From a virus (taxonomy: Duplodnaviria > Heunggongvirae > Uroviricota > Caudoviricetes), in the IMG/VR virus record IMGVR_UViG_3300042887_005798: a stretch of 64,000 nucleotides of DNA, one strand, 5' to 3'. A program made the translations under genes and the position numbers. The notes under the pieces are model-generated. The model did not search any database and was not told the origin of the DNA. It saw only the letters and a list, made by a program, of their open reading frames with translations. Below are positions 19,129-28,295 of the stretch, piece after piece. Every line of letters begins with the position of its first letter. Position 1 is the first letter of the stretch.

Positions 19129-19160
19129 GATTCTATACGATTAGATTGTTTAAAAAGTTG

Positions 19161-19236
19161 CAAAAAAAAAGCCAGGGATTTTTCACCCTGGCATAAACGT
19201 GGCACAATCACCTCCTCGCCACGAAATTTTTGAAAT
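19161..19236 (-). terminator. conserved terminator module copy 2
   Basis: Near-identical to 17843-17918 on the minus strand (GGAGGTGATTGTGCCACGTTTATGCCAGGGTGAAAAATCCCTGGC + T9). Confidence 0.55.
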
Positions 19237-19239
19237 CAA

Positions 19240-19740
19240 TTAACCAAGAGATGTAACAACATAGCAAGTGGGACTGACATCTAGATTCAAATTTTCTTTG
19301 AACCATTGCTTTAACTTTAAAATAGAGTTTGGAATTAAATTATAATCTAATTCATCAATCTCTAAGTGACTATTGGCATATTGACCGAACAATTCATAAC
19401 CAATACCAAATTCTCCATCATAATCACCCCAATAATTATAGTCACTCATTTTTATAAATGTTGGACTATCATCTTGAAGAAAACATAAATATCCATCGGA
19501 TAAGTCATTTCCCTCAGGTGTTTCTTCATTATTCAAAGCTTCTTCAATTTGAAGTAAATTTTCAGCATCTGGAAAGTTCAATTGTCCTATGTTATAGGAA
19601 ACATTTTTGATTTCTACTTGAAAAGGTTTACCAGTTATAGTGTCATATCTAGTGACTTCTGAACCTTTTTCGGATTTAGAATGCTCAAAATATTTTTGGG
19701 AAACTGCAACGAATATATTTGTTTTAGCACTTGTTGACAT
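19240..19740 (-). CDS. hypothetical protein (166 aa)
   Basis: ORF track; upstream ACACAATCTGAGCGTATAAAAT 5 nt before the ATG. Confidence 0.4.
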   Translation of the reverse strand: MSTSAKTNIFVAVSQKYFEHSKSEKGSEVTRYDTITGKPFQVEIKNVSYNIGQLNFPDAENLLQIEEALNNEETPEGNDLSDGYLCFLQDDSPTFIKMSDYNYWGDYDGEFGIGYELFGQYANSHLEIDELDYNLIPNSILKLKQWFKENLNLDVSPTCYVVTSLG

Positions 19741-19833
19741 ATTATTTTATACGCTCAGATTGTGTGGAAAGTTGCAAACTACAGAGCTTGTGGTAAATTA
19801 TATTTTCACCTCCTAGCCACGAAATTGTTAACA

Positions 19834-20088
19834 TTAATTACTGTATACAGATTTAATATATTTTTCTTTTTCAGTTATTGATAGTCTGTTTAGATGAACC
19901 CCGCCTTCATCGTACACACGGTCTAAAAGCTCGTCACTATTGCTAAGCACTAAATCTTGCTCAACGTTTTTTGTCAAAAAAGCTCTCAACAAATCTTCCT
20001 CGTACACACCATCTATTGCACTTCCAACCACAAACACATTGCATGCTTCTTTTGTTTTTGGATTATAAGCAGTGAACCACAAATGCAT
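19834..20088 (-). CDS. hypothetical protein (84 aa)
   Basis: ORF track; the same upstream element as the previous gene. Confidence 0.35.
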   Translation of the reverse strand: MHLWFTAYNPKTKEACNVFVVGSAIDGVYEEDLLRAFLTKNVEQDLVLSNSDELLDRVYDEGGVHLNRLSITEKEKYIKSVYSN

Positions 20089-20127
20089 ATTATTTTATAC
20101 GCTCAGATTGTGTGGAAGGTTCGAAAA

Positions 20128-20463
20128 CTACAGAACTTGTGGTAAATTATATTTTTTAATCAAAAAATCCAAAGTATCTTCATATAAACTTTTATACTCG
20201 TCACGCTCGAAAACTATATTGTTTTGGCAAAGCACCGTTTCAACTTTTGAATTTTTAATTATCACCCAATAATGATTGTCATCATTTTTATCTTCGCAAA
20301 AACCCTTATAAGCACCATCAGCAAAACATTCAAAACGAGTTTTTTCAACATATAAACAATAGGGAACGGAATCTCCAATTTCGTAAGTTTTCAACATATC
20401 ACCACCACAATATATTTGAATAAACTTGTTGTTATTTACTTTTATCCTTGTGAACATACCCAT
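20128..20463 (-). CDS. hypothetical protein (111 aa)
   Basis: ORF track; ACACAATCTGAGCGTATATAAG 4 nt before the ATG. Confidence 0.35.
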   Translation of the reverse strand: MGMFTRIKVNNNKFIQIYCGGDMLKTYEIGDSVPYCLYVEKTRFECFADGAYKGFCEDKNDDNHYWVIIKNSKVETVLCQNNIVFERDEYKSLYEDTLDFLIKKYNLPQVL

Positions 20464-20467
20464 AGTC

Positions 20468-20929
20468 TTATATACGCTCAGATTGTGTGGAGGGTTTACT
20501 GAGTAAATGAAGAATATCGCTCAAATATTGATTTTTTCCTAAAACGAAGTGTTTACAATACTTTTGCTCTTGAAGTTTTTCAATAGTAGTGTCCCAAAAT
20601 TTCATCATCGTGCCTATGAAATCATATGGGTTATCTCTTTCAATATATCTGTCTAAATATTCATTCCTCAAATTCTTTTGAGGATAAACAAGGAAAATTT
20701 CAAGACCTTCATTATGCAAAAGCTGTAAACCATCTATTTCAGTGGATAGGAATACAAAATCTACTTCACCTATCAATGCTTTAATATCTTGAATGTATTG
20801 TTTTTGGCTTTCATACTGCCAAAATTCCACTTCAATTGCTTTTAGTTTTGAATTATTACAGATAAATGTTTTGCCAGTGCCAGGAAACGCGGCACAAAGT
20901 ATTGTTTTGGTTTCGAGTTTACTAATCAC
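20468..20929 (-). CDS. P-loop NTPase (kinase/ATPase-like), probable GTG start
   Basis: Walker A AAFPGTGKTF about 12 aa after the proposed GTG start; the long track ORF probably over-extends across the upstream small gene. Confidence 0.4.
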   Translation of the reverse strand: MISKLETKTILCAAFPGTGKTFICNNSKLKAIEVEFWQYESQKQYIQDIKALIGEVDFVFLSTEIDGLQLLHNEGLEIFLVYPQKNLRNEYLDRYIERDNPYDFIGTMMKFWDTTIEKLQEQKYCKHFVLGKNQYLSDILHLLSKPSTQSERI

Positions 20930-21092
20930 TCTGATCCCGCCAAAACAAAACCACTGCGCCAGAAAAACACAATAAAAACGCGGCGAAACACTGTGGATTT
21001 GATGGTTCAAAGCCAAATAAAATCATGTAGGCGAGAATGAATGCGGGCGCAAAAAGAAAAACCAACAAAATACTAACAAGATTTTTTTTCAT
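20922..21092 (-). CDS. small TM protein (56 aa)
   Basis: Manual translation MKKNLVSILLVFLFAPAFILAYMILFGFEPSNPQCFAAFLLCFSGAVVLFWRDQSD; GCGTATAAAAAT 4 nt upstream of the ATG. Confidence 0.3.
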   Translation of the reverse strand: MKKNLVSILLVFLFAPAFILAYMILFGFEPSNPQCFAAFLLCFSGAVVLFWRDQSD

Positions 21093-21327
21093 TAATTTTT
21101 ATACGCTCAGATTGTGTGGAAAGTTCTTGAATCTTGTTTGTAATAAAATCAGGCAAATTGCCATCTTCCAAATAAGAAACACCGCAATCAGAAATATTTC
21201 CAATCAAGTAAGCATATCCTACTTTGCCATCTGGATATATGGTCAACGAAAATGCATTTTTGTCAAACATCCAATCGTACTCAACAGAGCCATCATCATT
21301 TACAATATACCTGCAAGAAAGCCCCAT
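21073..21327 (-). CDS. hypothetical protein (84 aa)
   Basis: ORF track; its C-terminal codons (TQSERI) are encoded by the ACACAATCTGAGCGTATAAAA element of the next gene. Confidence 0.35.
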   Translation of the reverse strand: MGLSCRYIVNDDGSVEYDWMFDKNAFSLTIYPDGKVGYAYLIGNISDCGVSYLEDGNLPDFITNKIQELSTQSERIKINEKKSC

Positions 21328-21427
21328 CTGCTCGTCAGTGGGGATGAATTGCTGAATTATTAAAAAATATTATAAAATTTCTAGTCGAAAAATAGGTGTG
21401 ACTAGAAAATAAGCAGAAATTATTTAT

Positions 21428-22591
21428 ATGTTTAAGGCATATAAGTATAGAATCAAACCTAATCAAGAGCAAATTCAATTAATTGAAAGTTCTTTTGGTT
21501 GTGCGAGATTTGTATATAATTATTTTCTTGAACTGAAAACAGAAATGTATGTGAATGGAAAACAGAAATTAACTAAATTTGAAATGGATGCAAAACTTAA
21601 AGAACTTAAAGAAGAACACCATTGGCTGACAAATGTTAATTCACAAGCGTTACAAGCTGTAACTGCTAATTTGGATTCTGCATTTAGTAGATTCTTTAAA
21701 GAAAAGAAAGGATTTCCAAAATTTAAAAGCAAGAAATTCAGTAAGTCTTCATTTATGAATCCTCAATCGTGTGTTGTGGATTTTGAATTAAATACAATTT
21801 CAATTCCTAAAGCTAAAAATATTAAAGCTGTTTTGCATCGTCATTTTGAAGGAAAAGTTAAATCAATTACAATTAGTAAATCATCTACTGGAAAATATTA
21901 TGCTTCTATATTAGTTGAAATTGATGAAAATATTCCTGCTAAACCAGAACTCAACAAAGACAGAGCTATAGGTGTTGATCTTGGATTGACACATTTTGTT
22001 ATTACGTCGGAAGGTGACAAAATTAATAATCCACGTTTCCTTAAAAAGTCAGAAGAAAAATTAAAACGAATGCAACGTCGATTTTCAAGAATGAATAAAG
22101 GTAGTAATAATCAAAACAAACAGCGAGTAAAACTCGCTAAGTTACATGAAAAAGTTTCTAATCAAAGAAAAGATTTCCTTCATAAAATCTCACATGAACT
22201 CGTTAATGAGAACCAAATTGATGTGTTATGTATAGAAGATTTAAACACACAAGGAATGATCAGAAATCATAGATTAGCAAAATCCATATCCGATGTAGGA
22301 TGGGGAATGTTTCGTTCATTTTTAGAATATAAATGTGAATGGAATGGGAAATGGTTATTAGATATTGGAAGATTTGAACCTAGTTCAAAAACTTGTTCTA
22401 TCTGTGGCTATGTCAATCGAGAATTAACATTAAAAGATCGTGTATGGCAATGTCCTTGTGGAGTTACACATGATCGTGATATTAATGCTGCTATCAACAT
22501 TAAAGAAATGGCATTCAATCGTCAAAATTTAATGAGATTTATAGGCTTGGAACAAGCCGAATCAACGCCTGTGGAATTGTTAGGTTGCTAA
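21428..22591 (+). CDS. tnpB: TnpB (IS605 OrfB-family RNA-guided nuclease), 387 aa
   Basis: MFKAYKYRIKPNQEQ start, RuvC-I GVDLGLTHF, RuvC-II LCIEDLN, Zn-finger CSICGY..CPCG, RuvC-III HDRDINAAINI. Confidence 0.85.
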   Translation: MFKAYKYRIKPNQEQIQLIESSFGCARFVYNYFLELKTEMYVNGKQKLTKFEMDAKLKELKEEHHWLTNVNSQALQAVTANLDSAFSRFFKEKKGFPKFKSKKFSKSSFMNPQSCVVDFELNTISIPKAKNIKAVLHRHFEGKVKSITISKSSTGKYYASILVEIDENIPAKPELNKDRAIGVDLGLTHFVITSEGDKINNPRFLKKSEEKLKRMQRRFSRMNKGSNNQNKQRVKLAKLHEKVSNQRKDFLHKISHELVNENQIDVLCIEDLNTQGMIRNHRLAKSISDVGWGMFRSFLEYKCEWNGKWLLDIGRFEPSSKTCSICGYVNRELTLKDRVWQCPCGVTHDRDINAAINIKEMAFNRQNLMRFIGLEQAESTPVELLGC

Positions 22592-22638
22592 CGACTATGA
22601 AACAGGAAGCCTCTCCCTTTATGGGTGAGGTAGTTCAC
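22480..22638 (+). ncRNA. putative omega-RNA (reRNA) scaffold overlapping the tnpB 3' end
   Basis: The segment GAACAAGCCGAATCAACGCCTGTGGA ... CAGGAAGCCTCTCCCTTTATGGGTGAGGTAGTTCAC is conserved, with compensatory hairpin changes, at the 3' end of the second tnpB. Confidence 0.45.
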
Positions 22639-22672
22639 AATTGGCTCATCAAAACCTATTGGCAATTTCATA

Positions 22673-22942
22673 TTATGATTCCTCCTCCACACAATCTATA
22701 TAAGAAGTGTAAACTCTGAATGAATAGGCAGAAGTTTTTGTTTTGCGTGATCTTGCTTCCACAATATGTCTGACACAAGATGACATTTCCTTGAAAGAAG
22801 TGACGTGGCAATACTTTGGGATATTTTTTTCTCCCTGTATTGTTTCTTTGCTAAGAAAACCGTCAGACATTACTCGTTGTACTAATCTTACTGCCTCGTC
22901 ATCAGGCAACGAACTTATATTTTCAATAATGATTCTACTCAT
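22673..22942 (-). CDS. hypothetical protein, paralog of 24350..24619
   Basis: Start placed at the internal Met MSRIIIENISS by alignment with the paralog MSMSRIIIDNKSS; about 60% identity by eye. Confidence 0.4.
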   Translation of the reverse strand: MSRIIIENISSLPDDEAVRLVQRVMSDGFLSKETIQGEKNIPKYCHVTSFKEMSSCVRHIVEARSRKTKTSAYSFRVYTSYIDCVEEES

Positions 22943-23324
22943 CTTTATTCGTCTCTTTAGGGGGTTCTGGCAGTGGCATCCAGTGCGTAACATGGTTTTT
23001 CTGCACCTTACTGGATGTATTACTGATTAAACGCTGAAGCCCATCCACCCACTCAACAAAATCAGTTTTTACAGTAATGTGTTCAGCATTCCAAGGCTCA
23101 GGTGATGTAGTAAAATAGCGACATTGATTAAAAATATTATTGATGTTAAGTGGCTCAGCATGTTCATAAATTGGATTGGCTTTAGCTTGGGTAATAATAT
23201 ATTCTTTGGTTACTTTTGTTCTATAGCTTTTTCCACCTTTATAATATCTTATCAAAATATACTCATTTTCGGGTGCTGTTTCTATTGGTTGCCATTCACT
23301 CATTTTCTGTCCTCCCACTTCCAA
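22935..23324 (-). CDS. hypothetical protein (129 aa)
   Basis: ORF track; EWQPIETAP motif reminiscent of phage DUF551-type proteins (weak). Confidence 0.35.
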   Translation of the reverse strand: MEVGGQKMSEWQPIETAPENEYILIRYYKGGKSYRTKVTKEYIITQAKANPIYEHAEPLNINNIFNQCRYFTTSPEPWNAEHITVKTDFVEWVDGLQRLISNTSSKVQKNHVTHWMPLPEPPKETNKDE

Positions 23325-23503
23325 CCAAGCAAAATACGAGTCATCTGACGGTTTAACCAGTTTGGTTTTGTTTTAACCCCGACAAAGTATGACGAGTTGA
23401 TTACCCAGTGACCAACAGGATAATCTGTCTCGTCATCAAATCCTTTGATGTGTTTGTAGGAATGGTTTATTAGATTAGTTTCATTCATCTTTTGTTCTTT
23501 CAT
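23300..23503 (-). CDS. hypothetical protein (67 aa)
   Basis: ORF track. Confidence 0.3.
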   Translation of the reverse strand: MKEQKMNETNLINHSYKHIKGFDDETDYPVGHWVINSSYFVGVKTKPNWLNRQMTRILLGWKWEDRK

Positions 23504-24050
23504 TTTTCATCTCCATTTGTTCTGCCTGATAAAAATCATTCATAATTTGCAATGCTTCTTTAGTTTTTTCGGTTAACTTTGGAATCGTCAAAGCCCCCAT
23601 AAGTGCCACGCTGTAATCATCAATATCATCCCAACTTGCCCTATCACTCATATAAAATGTTGGATAATAAAAGCTACATTGATGCCACTCAGAATAATCT
23701 GAATCCCACTCTACATACCGATGCACGATGTCTCCATAAACAGTAAAAATGAGCGCCACCTTGCCAGCAAAGTCTTCGTCAACTTCTACCCATCCGTCTA
23801 ATTTAAGAAGCTCAGTCACTTCTTTGAACATCTTTTGTTCTGGTGTTTTTTCTTTTAAATAAGTTAATTTTTTTGTCATTTCTTCTCCTAGTTCAAATTC
23901 TAAAACTCTTGTAAAACTTAGCGATGGAGTATCCATCACCTCATTAACAAACAATAATTCCACTTGCTCGGTACCCACTTTGAAGTTGTATCGTGAAAGA
24001 TCTTCATTGGAATCAACTGCTACTGCTTTCTCGTAGTTACTCATGCTCAT
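23481..24050 (-). CDS. hypothetical acidic protein (189 aa)
   Basis: ORF track. Confidence 0.4.
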   Translation of the reverse strand: MSMSNYEKAVAVDSNEDLSRYNFKVGTEQVELLFVNEVMDTPSLSFTRVLEFELGEEMTKKLTYLKEKTPEQKMFKEVTELLKLDGWVEVDEDFAGKVALIFTVYGDIVHRYVEWDSDYSEWHQCSFYYPTFYMSDRASWDDIDDYSVALMGALTIPKLTEKTKEALQIMNDFYQAEQMEMKNERTKDE

Positions 24051-24357
24051 TCACCCCACCACATAGATCAACATATAATGTATCTTTACCCCCAGGTAAT
24101 CCGTGGAGCACTTGAACCTTAAACTGAACTGTAAATTGTGCACTCAAATATTCCTCAATCATAGTTAAAGGTAACCGTTCTTTTAGTCCACTTTCAATTT
24201 TAGGGTCCCAATTAAGACCGCATATAAAATATTCAATTTTTTTTGCTACTTTTTCTGCAATTTTTTCAAGCTCTTTGTTGATTTCTTCTTGTTGCCGTTT
24301 GTTTCTTAAATCAATGATTTCATCATAAGTAAGTCTTTTAATTTCAGCGTCACTCAT
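24037..24357 (-). CDS. hypothetical protein; start moved to MSDAEIK to avoid a 185-nt out-of-frame overlap
   Basis: Internal ATG overlapping the upstream stop, as seen throughout this region. Confidence 0.35.
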   Translation of the reverse strand: MSDAEIKRLTYDEIIDLRNKRQQEEINKELEKIAEKVAKKIEYFICGLNWDPKIESGLKERLPLTMIEEYLSAQFTVQFKVQVLHGLPGGKDTLYVDLCGGVNEHE

Positions 24358-24619
24358 GCTCTTTCTTCTCCTGTTCATCGTAAACCAAGAAAGAATATGC
24401 ACTTTGTTTTGTCTTTCGTGGTCTTGCCCAAACGATAGTTTTCTTACCGTTGAATTCACGTTTGAAAGCAGTTGCATGGCAATACTTAGGAACATTTTTT
24501 TCTCCTTGAATTGTTTCTGTGCTTTGAAATCCATCAGACATTACTCTTCGCACCATTGTTACTGCATCATAATCTGGCAAACTGCTTTTGTTGTCAATAA
24601 TAATCCTACTCATACTCAT
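24350..24619 (-). CDS. hypothetical protein, paralog of 22673..22942
   Basis: ORF track; paralogy noted above. Confidence 0.4.
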   Translation of the reverse strand: MSMSRIIIDNKSSLPDYDAVTMVRRVMSDGFQSTETIQGEKNVPKYCHATAFKREFNGKKTIVWARPRKTKQSAYSFLVYDEQEKKEHE

Positions 24620-24898
24620 TCATCTCCTCCGCGTTAGCAAATGCCCAACAATGCAGATTAAGACACAGATTATGGCTAATAGGAATACTAAAGCGTCCAT
24701 CGAACTTTGGAAGAATGTCATTTTGCTCATCGAAACTCCTCTGTGCTACGAGGACACAATTCATGATATAAAACGGTCACTATGAGGCTCGCACTTTCCA
24801 AAATACAAACGACATATAGAAACATTAGTAAACCTTGAAAGAAGGTCATTTCTTCTCTTCCTCCAAAATCTGAACGCAACGAACTGTCATGCTTGTAT

Positions 24899-25216
24899 TC
24901 ATTTTAATTCTTGTGTTTGCACAGGCATGAACGAAAAATCTATAAACGCTTCACCCATCCATGCTAAGGTATAACACAATCTCCCATGTAATTTACACTC
25001 TGGCTCGCCTATTTGTTTGACAGAGAATTTTTTTGTTATTTCCTGCACAACTATTTCTGGGATAATAACATTTTCTACCCAAGGTATAGCAACAAGGTCA
25101 AAATCTCTGGCAAGTGAACCATGCACTGCTAATGCATAGCCAGCCTCGCGACAAATTTCAGCCAAATCTGGATATACACACGCCGTATATATTGGTGCAC
25201 GACTTGCTTTTTTCAT
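24899..25216 (-). CDS. hypothetical protein; start at internal MKKASRAPIY
   Basis: Avoids an 85-nt overlap; its ATG overlaps the upstream stop. Confidence 0.35.
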   Translation of the reverse strand: MKKASRAPIYTACVYPDLAEICREAGYALAVHGSLARDFDLVAIPWVENVIIPEIVVQEITKKFSVKQIGEPECKLHGRLCYTLAWMGEAFIDFSFMPVQTQELK

Positions 25217-25500
25217 TTTTCTTCCTCCTCCTCCAAAATCTGGATGCACTTGAATTTTTTGCCAATAGCTTCCATCGGAATATGCTCTCCTAACCACGAA
25301 TCTTTTACCATCTCTAGGGACGGAATGAACTCAAACTCAATCGGTTCTGGTTTGACTTCTTCCAACGGTTTGACTTCTTCCAATGGCTTAATTTTTTCGA
25401 CAGCCTTTTGAAACGCTTCACGTTTAGCTTCTGTCCAATTTGCAATTCGTTGGTCAGAAGCTCGAATATAGGCTTCTCGCTGGGCTTTTTGTTCGCTCAT
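25213..25500 (-). CDS. hypothetical acidic protein (95 aa)
   Basis: ORF track. Confidence 0.35.
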   Translation of the reverse strand: MSEQKAQREAYIRASDQRIANWTEAKREAFQKAVEKIKPLEEVKPLEEVKPEPIEFEFIPSLEMVKDSWLGEHIPMEAIGKKFKCIQILEEEEEK

Positions 25501-26105
25501 TCCTCATCCTCCAAAATCTTAAGAATTTTGGTGACCTCAATCAACTCGGATTTGAGTCGTAAATTCTCTGTTTGCAATTCGTCACCTCTTTGCCTAATAA
25601 TTTCAGCCATTTGTGTTGGGTCACCAGAAATTGCCCAATCAGAAGGGCATACCCCACCCCAAGCAAGCAAAATGTTATTGGCTTCTTGCAATCTAAGTCG
25701 CTTGATTTCAGCGTCTAAAGACTCAATTCGTTTCAATTCTTCTTCTAATTTGTCTTTTTTCTGGGGAGGTTGTGCAGGTGCTGTCGGCATAGGAGGCTTA
25801 ACCTCTGGAATATTAAGATGCATCACTCCTACTTCCCTGACTCTTTCAGGCTTTCTTTTGATTGCTTCTGTAACTGGTCTATCTTTGGCACCAAATGCCT
25901 TTTGTTTACCAGTTGTGACATCAATTAACTTAGCCACTATGAGCATATACTTTCCTAAAATGAATACGAAAGCTTTAATGTCACTTTCTTTGGCTACTTG
26001 ACAAGCTACGACATGATTTATTTTATGCCCACTTTTGTCATAGTTAGCCCAAAGTCCATCTTTGCTTTTTTCAATTTTCCAATACAATCCGATAAATTTT
26101 TTCAT
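25497..26105 (-). CDS. hypothetical protein with a C-terminal coiled coil (202 aa)
   Basis: ORF track; the antisense plus-strand ORF 25408..26001 is low-complexity and rejected. Confidence 0.4.
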   Translation of the reverse strand: MKKFIGLYWKIEKSKDGLWANYDKSGHKINHVVACQVAKESDIKAFVFILGKYMLIVAKLIDVTTGKQKAFGAKDRPVTEAIKRKPERVREVGVMHLNIPEVKPPMPTAPAQPPQKKDKLEEELKRIESLDAEIKRLRLQEANNILLAWGGVCPSDWAISGDPTQMAEIIRQRGDELQTENLRLKSELIEVTKILKILEDEE

Positions 26106-26165
26106 GATTTGTTCTCATTCCTCTTTCCATATACGGTCTTTAAGTAATAAATAATTCAGATTGTG

Positions 26166-26597
26166 TCATTTTTCTCCAAAAGGCTTTTCTTCTATTATCG
26201 TTATCGCAGGACTGCATGCAGCTTCAAATTGAGCTCCTGTAGCAATTGTATAGGTATCATAGCCATCATCCTTTGTTCGTTTTCTGGTTGTGATTTGACC
26301 CTCATAATCCTCATAATATTTTTCGCCTCTCCAAGAAAGCTCAAATTGTTTGAAATTAACAAATTTTTGGTCTGAAGGAATGTAATACGTAGCAACTATA
26401 ACATATGGATCATATGAATTACACTTGTTGGGTATCTTTTCAAGTTTAAGTTTGATTCCCGTGGGTAAGTCAATGGTTTTTGAACTTGATTGCCTTGTAT
26501 TTTCACACCCAACCAAAGTAAAAGCCAGTGTTGCTATAATTAAAAAGGTATTTTTCATGAGTTTTTCTGTTTTCACAAAAAGAATATACGAAACCAC
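26166..26597 (-). CDS. lipoprotein, paralog A
   Basis: Signal peptide plus lipobox LVGC; aligns along its length with 27311..27655. Confidence 0.5.
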   Translation of the reverse strand: MVSYILFVKTEKLMKNTFLIIATLAFTLVGCENTRQSSSKTIDLPTGIKLKLEKIPNKCNSYDPYVIVATYYIPSDQKFVNFKQFELSWRGEKYYEDYEGQITTRKRTKDDGYDTYTIATGAQFEAACSPAITIIEEKPFGEK

Positions 26598-26691
26598 TAA
26601 TCCATTTGTTGTATTATTTCTGGCTCAAACTCAATTATAAGAAAAAAAATGGTTAAAAAAAATACAGCTAAAACAAAATAGGTAAAAACAA

Positions 26692-26988
26692 TCATGCGTT
26701 TTGTGCTTTGAATTTATCCATAAGTTTTTTTGGTGTTTCTGCATCATCAACCCACTTCAAACCGAAGAAGAATTTTCCAGCAAGTTTTTGTATCCAATTT
26801 GGTCTTCTTTTAGTATAAAATCCCAATTTATCATGCAAAACCCAATAGCCAACACACCCTTCAGCATTTCCTAAGAAAAGTTTTTGCATATCATTATATG
26901 CCCAAGAGCCAAAAGCTAATGTACCCTCAAAGTTTCGGGCTGTGGATAGAGTTTCTGATGTATCTGAAATTGAAGTTTTTTCTGTCAT
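26692..26988 (-). CDS. hypothetical protein (98 aa)
   Basis: ORF track. Confidence 0.35.
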   Translation of the reverse strand: MTEKTSISDTSETLSTARNFEGTLAFGSWAYNDMQKLFLGNAEGCVGYWVLHDKLGFYTKRRPNWIQKLAGKFFFGLKWVDDAETPKKLMDKFKAQNA

Positions 26989-27005
26989 AAACTATTTATA
27001 CAAAA

Positions 27006-27314
27006 TTAAATCCAAACCTCACGCCCAAAGATTGTGAATTTTCTTTTTGGAGTAAATTTATACTGTAAACTATGTCGTGTGTACATGTTATCAACTTGAC
27101 GATAAAATCGCAATCTTAATTTTAAATCAGGATGCTCAGACGCAATAATTGCAAGCGCTTCTTTTTTACTGAAATAATAACTTGTGTCAACATAAATTCT
27201 AGGGCATGCTGTTCTGAAGTATTTTGCCAATTCAGAATTAAATTCCTCCAAAAAAAGTTTCTCAAATTTTTTTTTCTTTTTTTGTTTTTCTTCTAAAAAT
27301 TCAGATTGTGTCAT
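27006..27314 (-). CDS. hypothetical protein (102 aa), starts MTQSEF encoded by the ACACAATCTGA motif
   Basis: ORF track; ATGA overlap with the upstream lipoprotein gene. Confidence 0.35.
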   Translation of the reverse strand: MTQSEFLEEKQKKKKKFEKLFLEEFNSELAKYFRTACPRIYVDTSYYFSKKEALAIIASEHPDLKLRLRFYRQVDNMYTRHSLQYKFTPKRKFTIFGREVWI

Positions 27315-27655
27315 TTTATTTCTCCAATGGGCTTTTCCTCTACAATAGTTATTTTAGGACCACATGAAGCAATTGTATAGACATCATAAGCATCATCCTG
27401 TCTCCGCATTCTGGTTGTCATTTGACCCTCATAAGAAAACTCATATTTTCTGAAGTGAACAAATTTTTGGTCTGCGGGTATGTAATAGGTAGCGAATGTA
27501 AGATATGGTTCAGTTATTGAATTGTTAGGTTTATTTTCAATTTTAAGTTTAATTCCACTTGGTAAGACAGTGGTCTTTGAACTTGATTGCTTCAAATTGC
27601 CACATCCAACTAGATTAAAAGCTAATATTGTTACAATTAAAAATGTATTTTTCAT
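27311..27655 (-). CDS. lipoprotein, paralog B
   Basis: Signal peptide plus lipobox LVGC; paralog of 26166..26597. Confidence 0.5.
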   Translation of the reverse strand: MKNTFLIVTILAFNLVGCGNLKQSSSKTTVLPSGIKLKIENKPNNSITEPYLTFATYYIPADQKFVHFRKYEFSYEGQMTTRMRRQDDAYDVYTIASCGPKITIVEEKPIGEIK

Positions 27656-28119
27656 GAGTTTTTCTCCTTACTTTTTTTCAATTTATCCCAAAAGTTTTTC
27701 AATTCATCCCAAAAGTTAAATAAAAATGGACTTAACAAGCCAAGAGGAAATCCAGTAATAATACACCAATTAAGTATTTCAAAAGTATTTACTTCAAAAA
27801 ATTCTTCAGAAAAAACAAAAAGTTGTTGACCAGCTACGCTACTTATAAGCTTGCCAGTATACAAATTATAAAGATTGATAGAAGTTATGATTATTGCCGA
27901 GATGCCAATATAGCTTAAAATAAACTTGATGAAAGAATCCATACCTTCTGAATAAGCGGTAAGGAACCTAAGTTCTAGTTCTTCTTCGGCAGTTAATGTA
28001 TTTTCATTTGTCTGTGCCATATCTTTTGCAATTTTTTCTGTTTCTTTCATAGTTTTATTTCTCCCAAACCTCATCATTAGGATTTGTAAAATCCATCTCA
28101 CACACAATCTCGCCACCAT
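27652..28119 (-). CDS. membrane protein (155 aa)
   Basis: ORF track; hydrophobic segments. Confidence 0.35.
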   Translation of the reverse strand: MVARLCVRWILQILMMRFGRNKTMKETEKIAKDMAQTNENTLTAEEELELRFLTAYSEGMDSFIKFILSYIGISAIIITSINLYNLYTGKLISSVAGQQLFVFSEEFFEVNTFEILNWCIITGFPLGLLSPFLFNFWDELKNFWDKLKKSKEKNS

Positions 28120-28294
28120 CTGCGATGAATTGTCGCGCCATTTTTAACAAATCTTCTTCAGTGGAATCACTGTGTGCTTCAAAACTTAGCTTAATTGTAG
28201 CATTTACTTTAAGCATCACTCTGTCGAAAAGCTCAGGATGATTTGTGATAAAATCATCTGAGTACTCTTTATAAGAATTATACGAATTATTCAT
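28055..28294 (-). CDS. hypothetical protein (79 aa)
   Basis: ORF track; motif A and TATAAT 5 nt upstream. Confidence 0.35.
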   Translation of the reverse strand: MNNSYNSYKEYSDDFITNHPELFDRVMLKVNATIKLSFEAHSDSTEEDLLKMARQFIADGGEIVCEMDFTNPNDEVWEK

Positions 28295-28295
28295 G

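Larger units (their letters stand above)
21364..22638 (+). mobile_element. IS200/IS605-family (IS1341-like, TnpB-only) element, copy 1; boundaries approximate
   Basis: tnpB ORF plus a subterminal hairpin ctagtcgaaaaataggtgtgactag on the left; the right end is inferred where similarity to copy 2 stops (..GGTGAGGTAGTTCAC). Confidence 0.55.

Noticed and set aside
25408-26001. 197-aa plus-strand ORF
   Set aside because: It is an S/L/C-rich low-complexity translation antisense to the well-composed minus-strand gene 25497..26105, so it is a typical shadow ORF.
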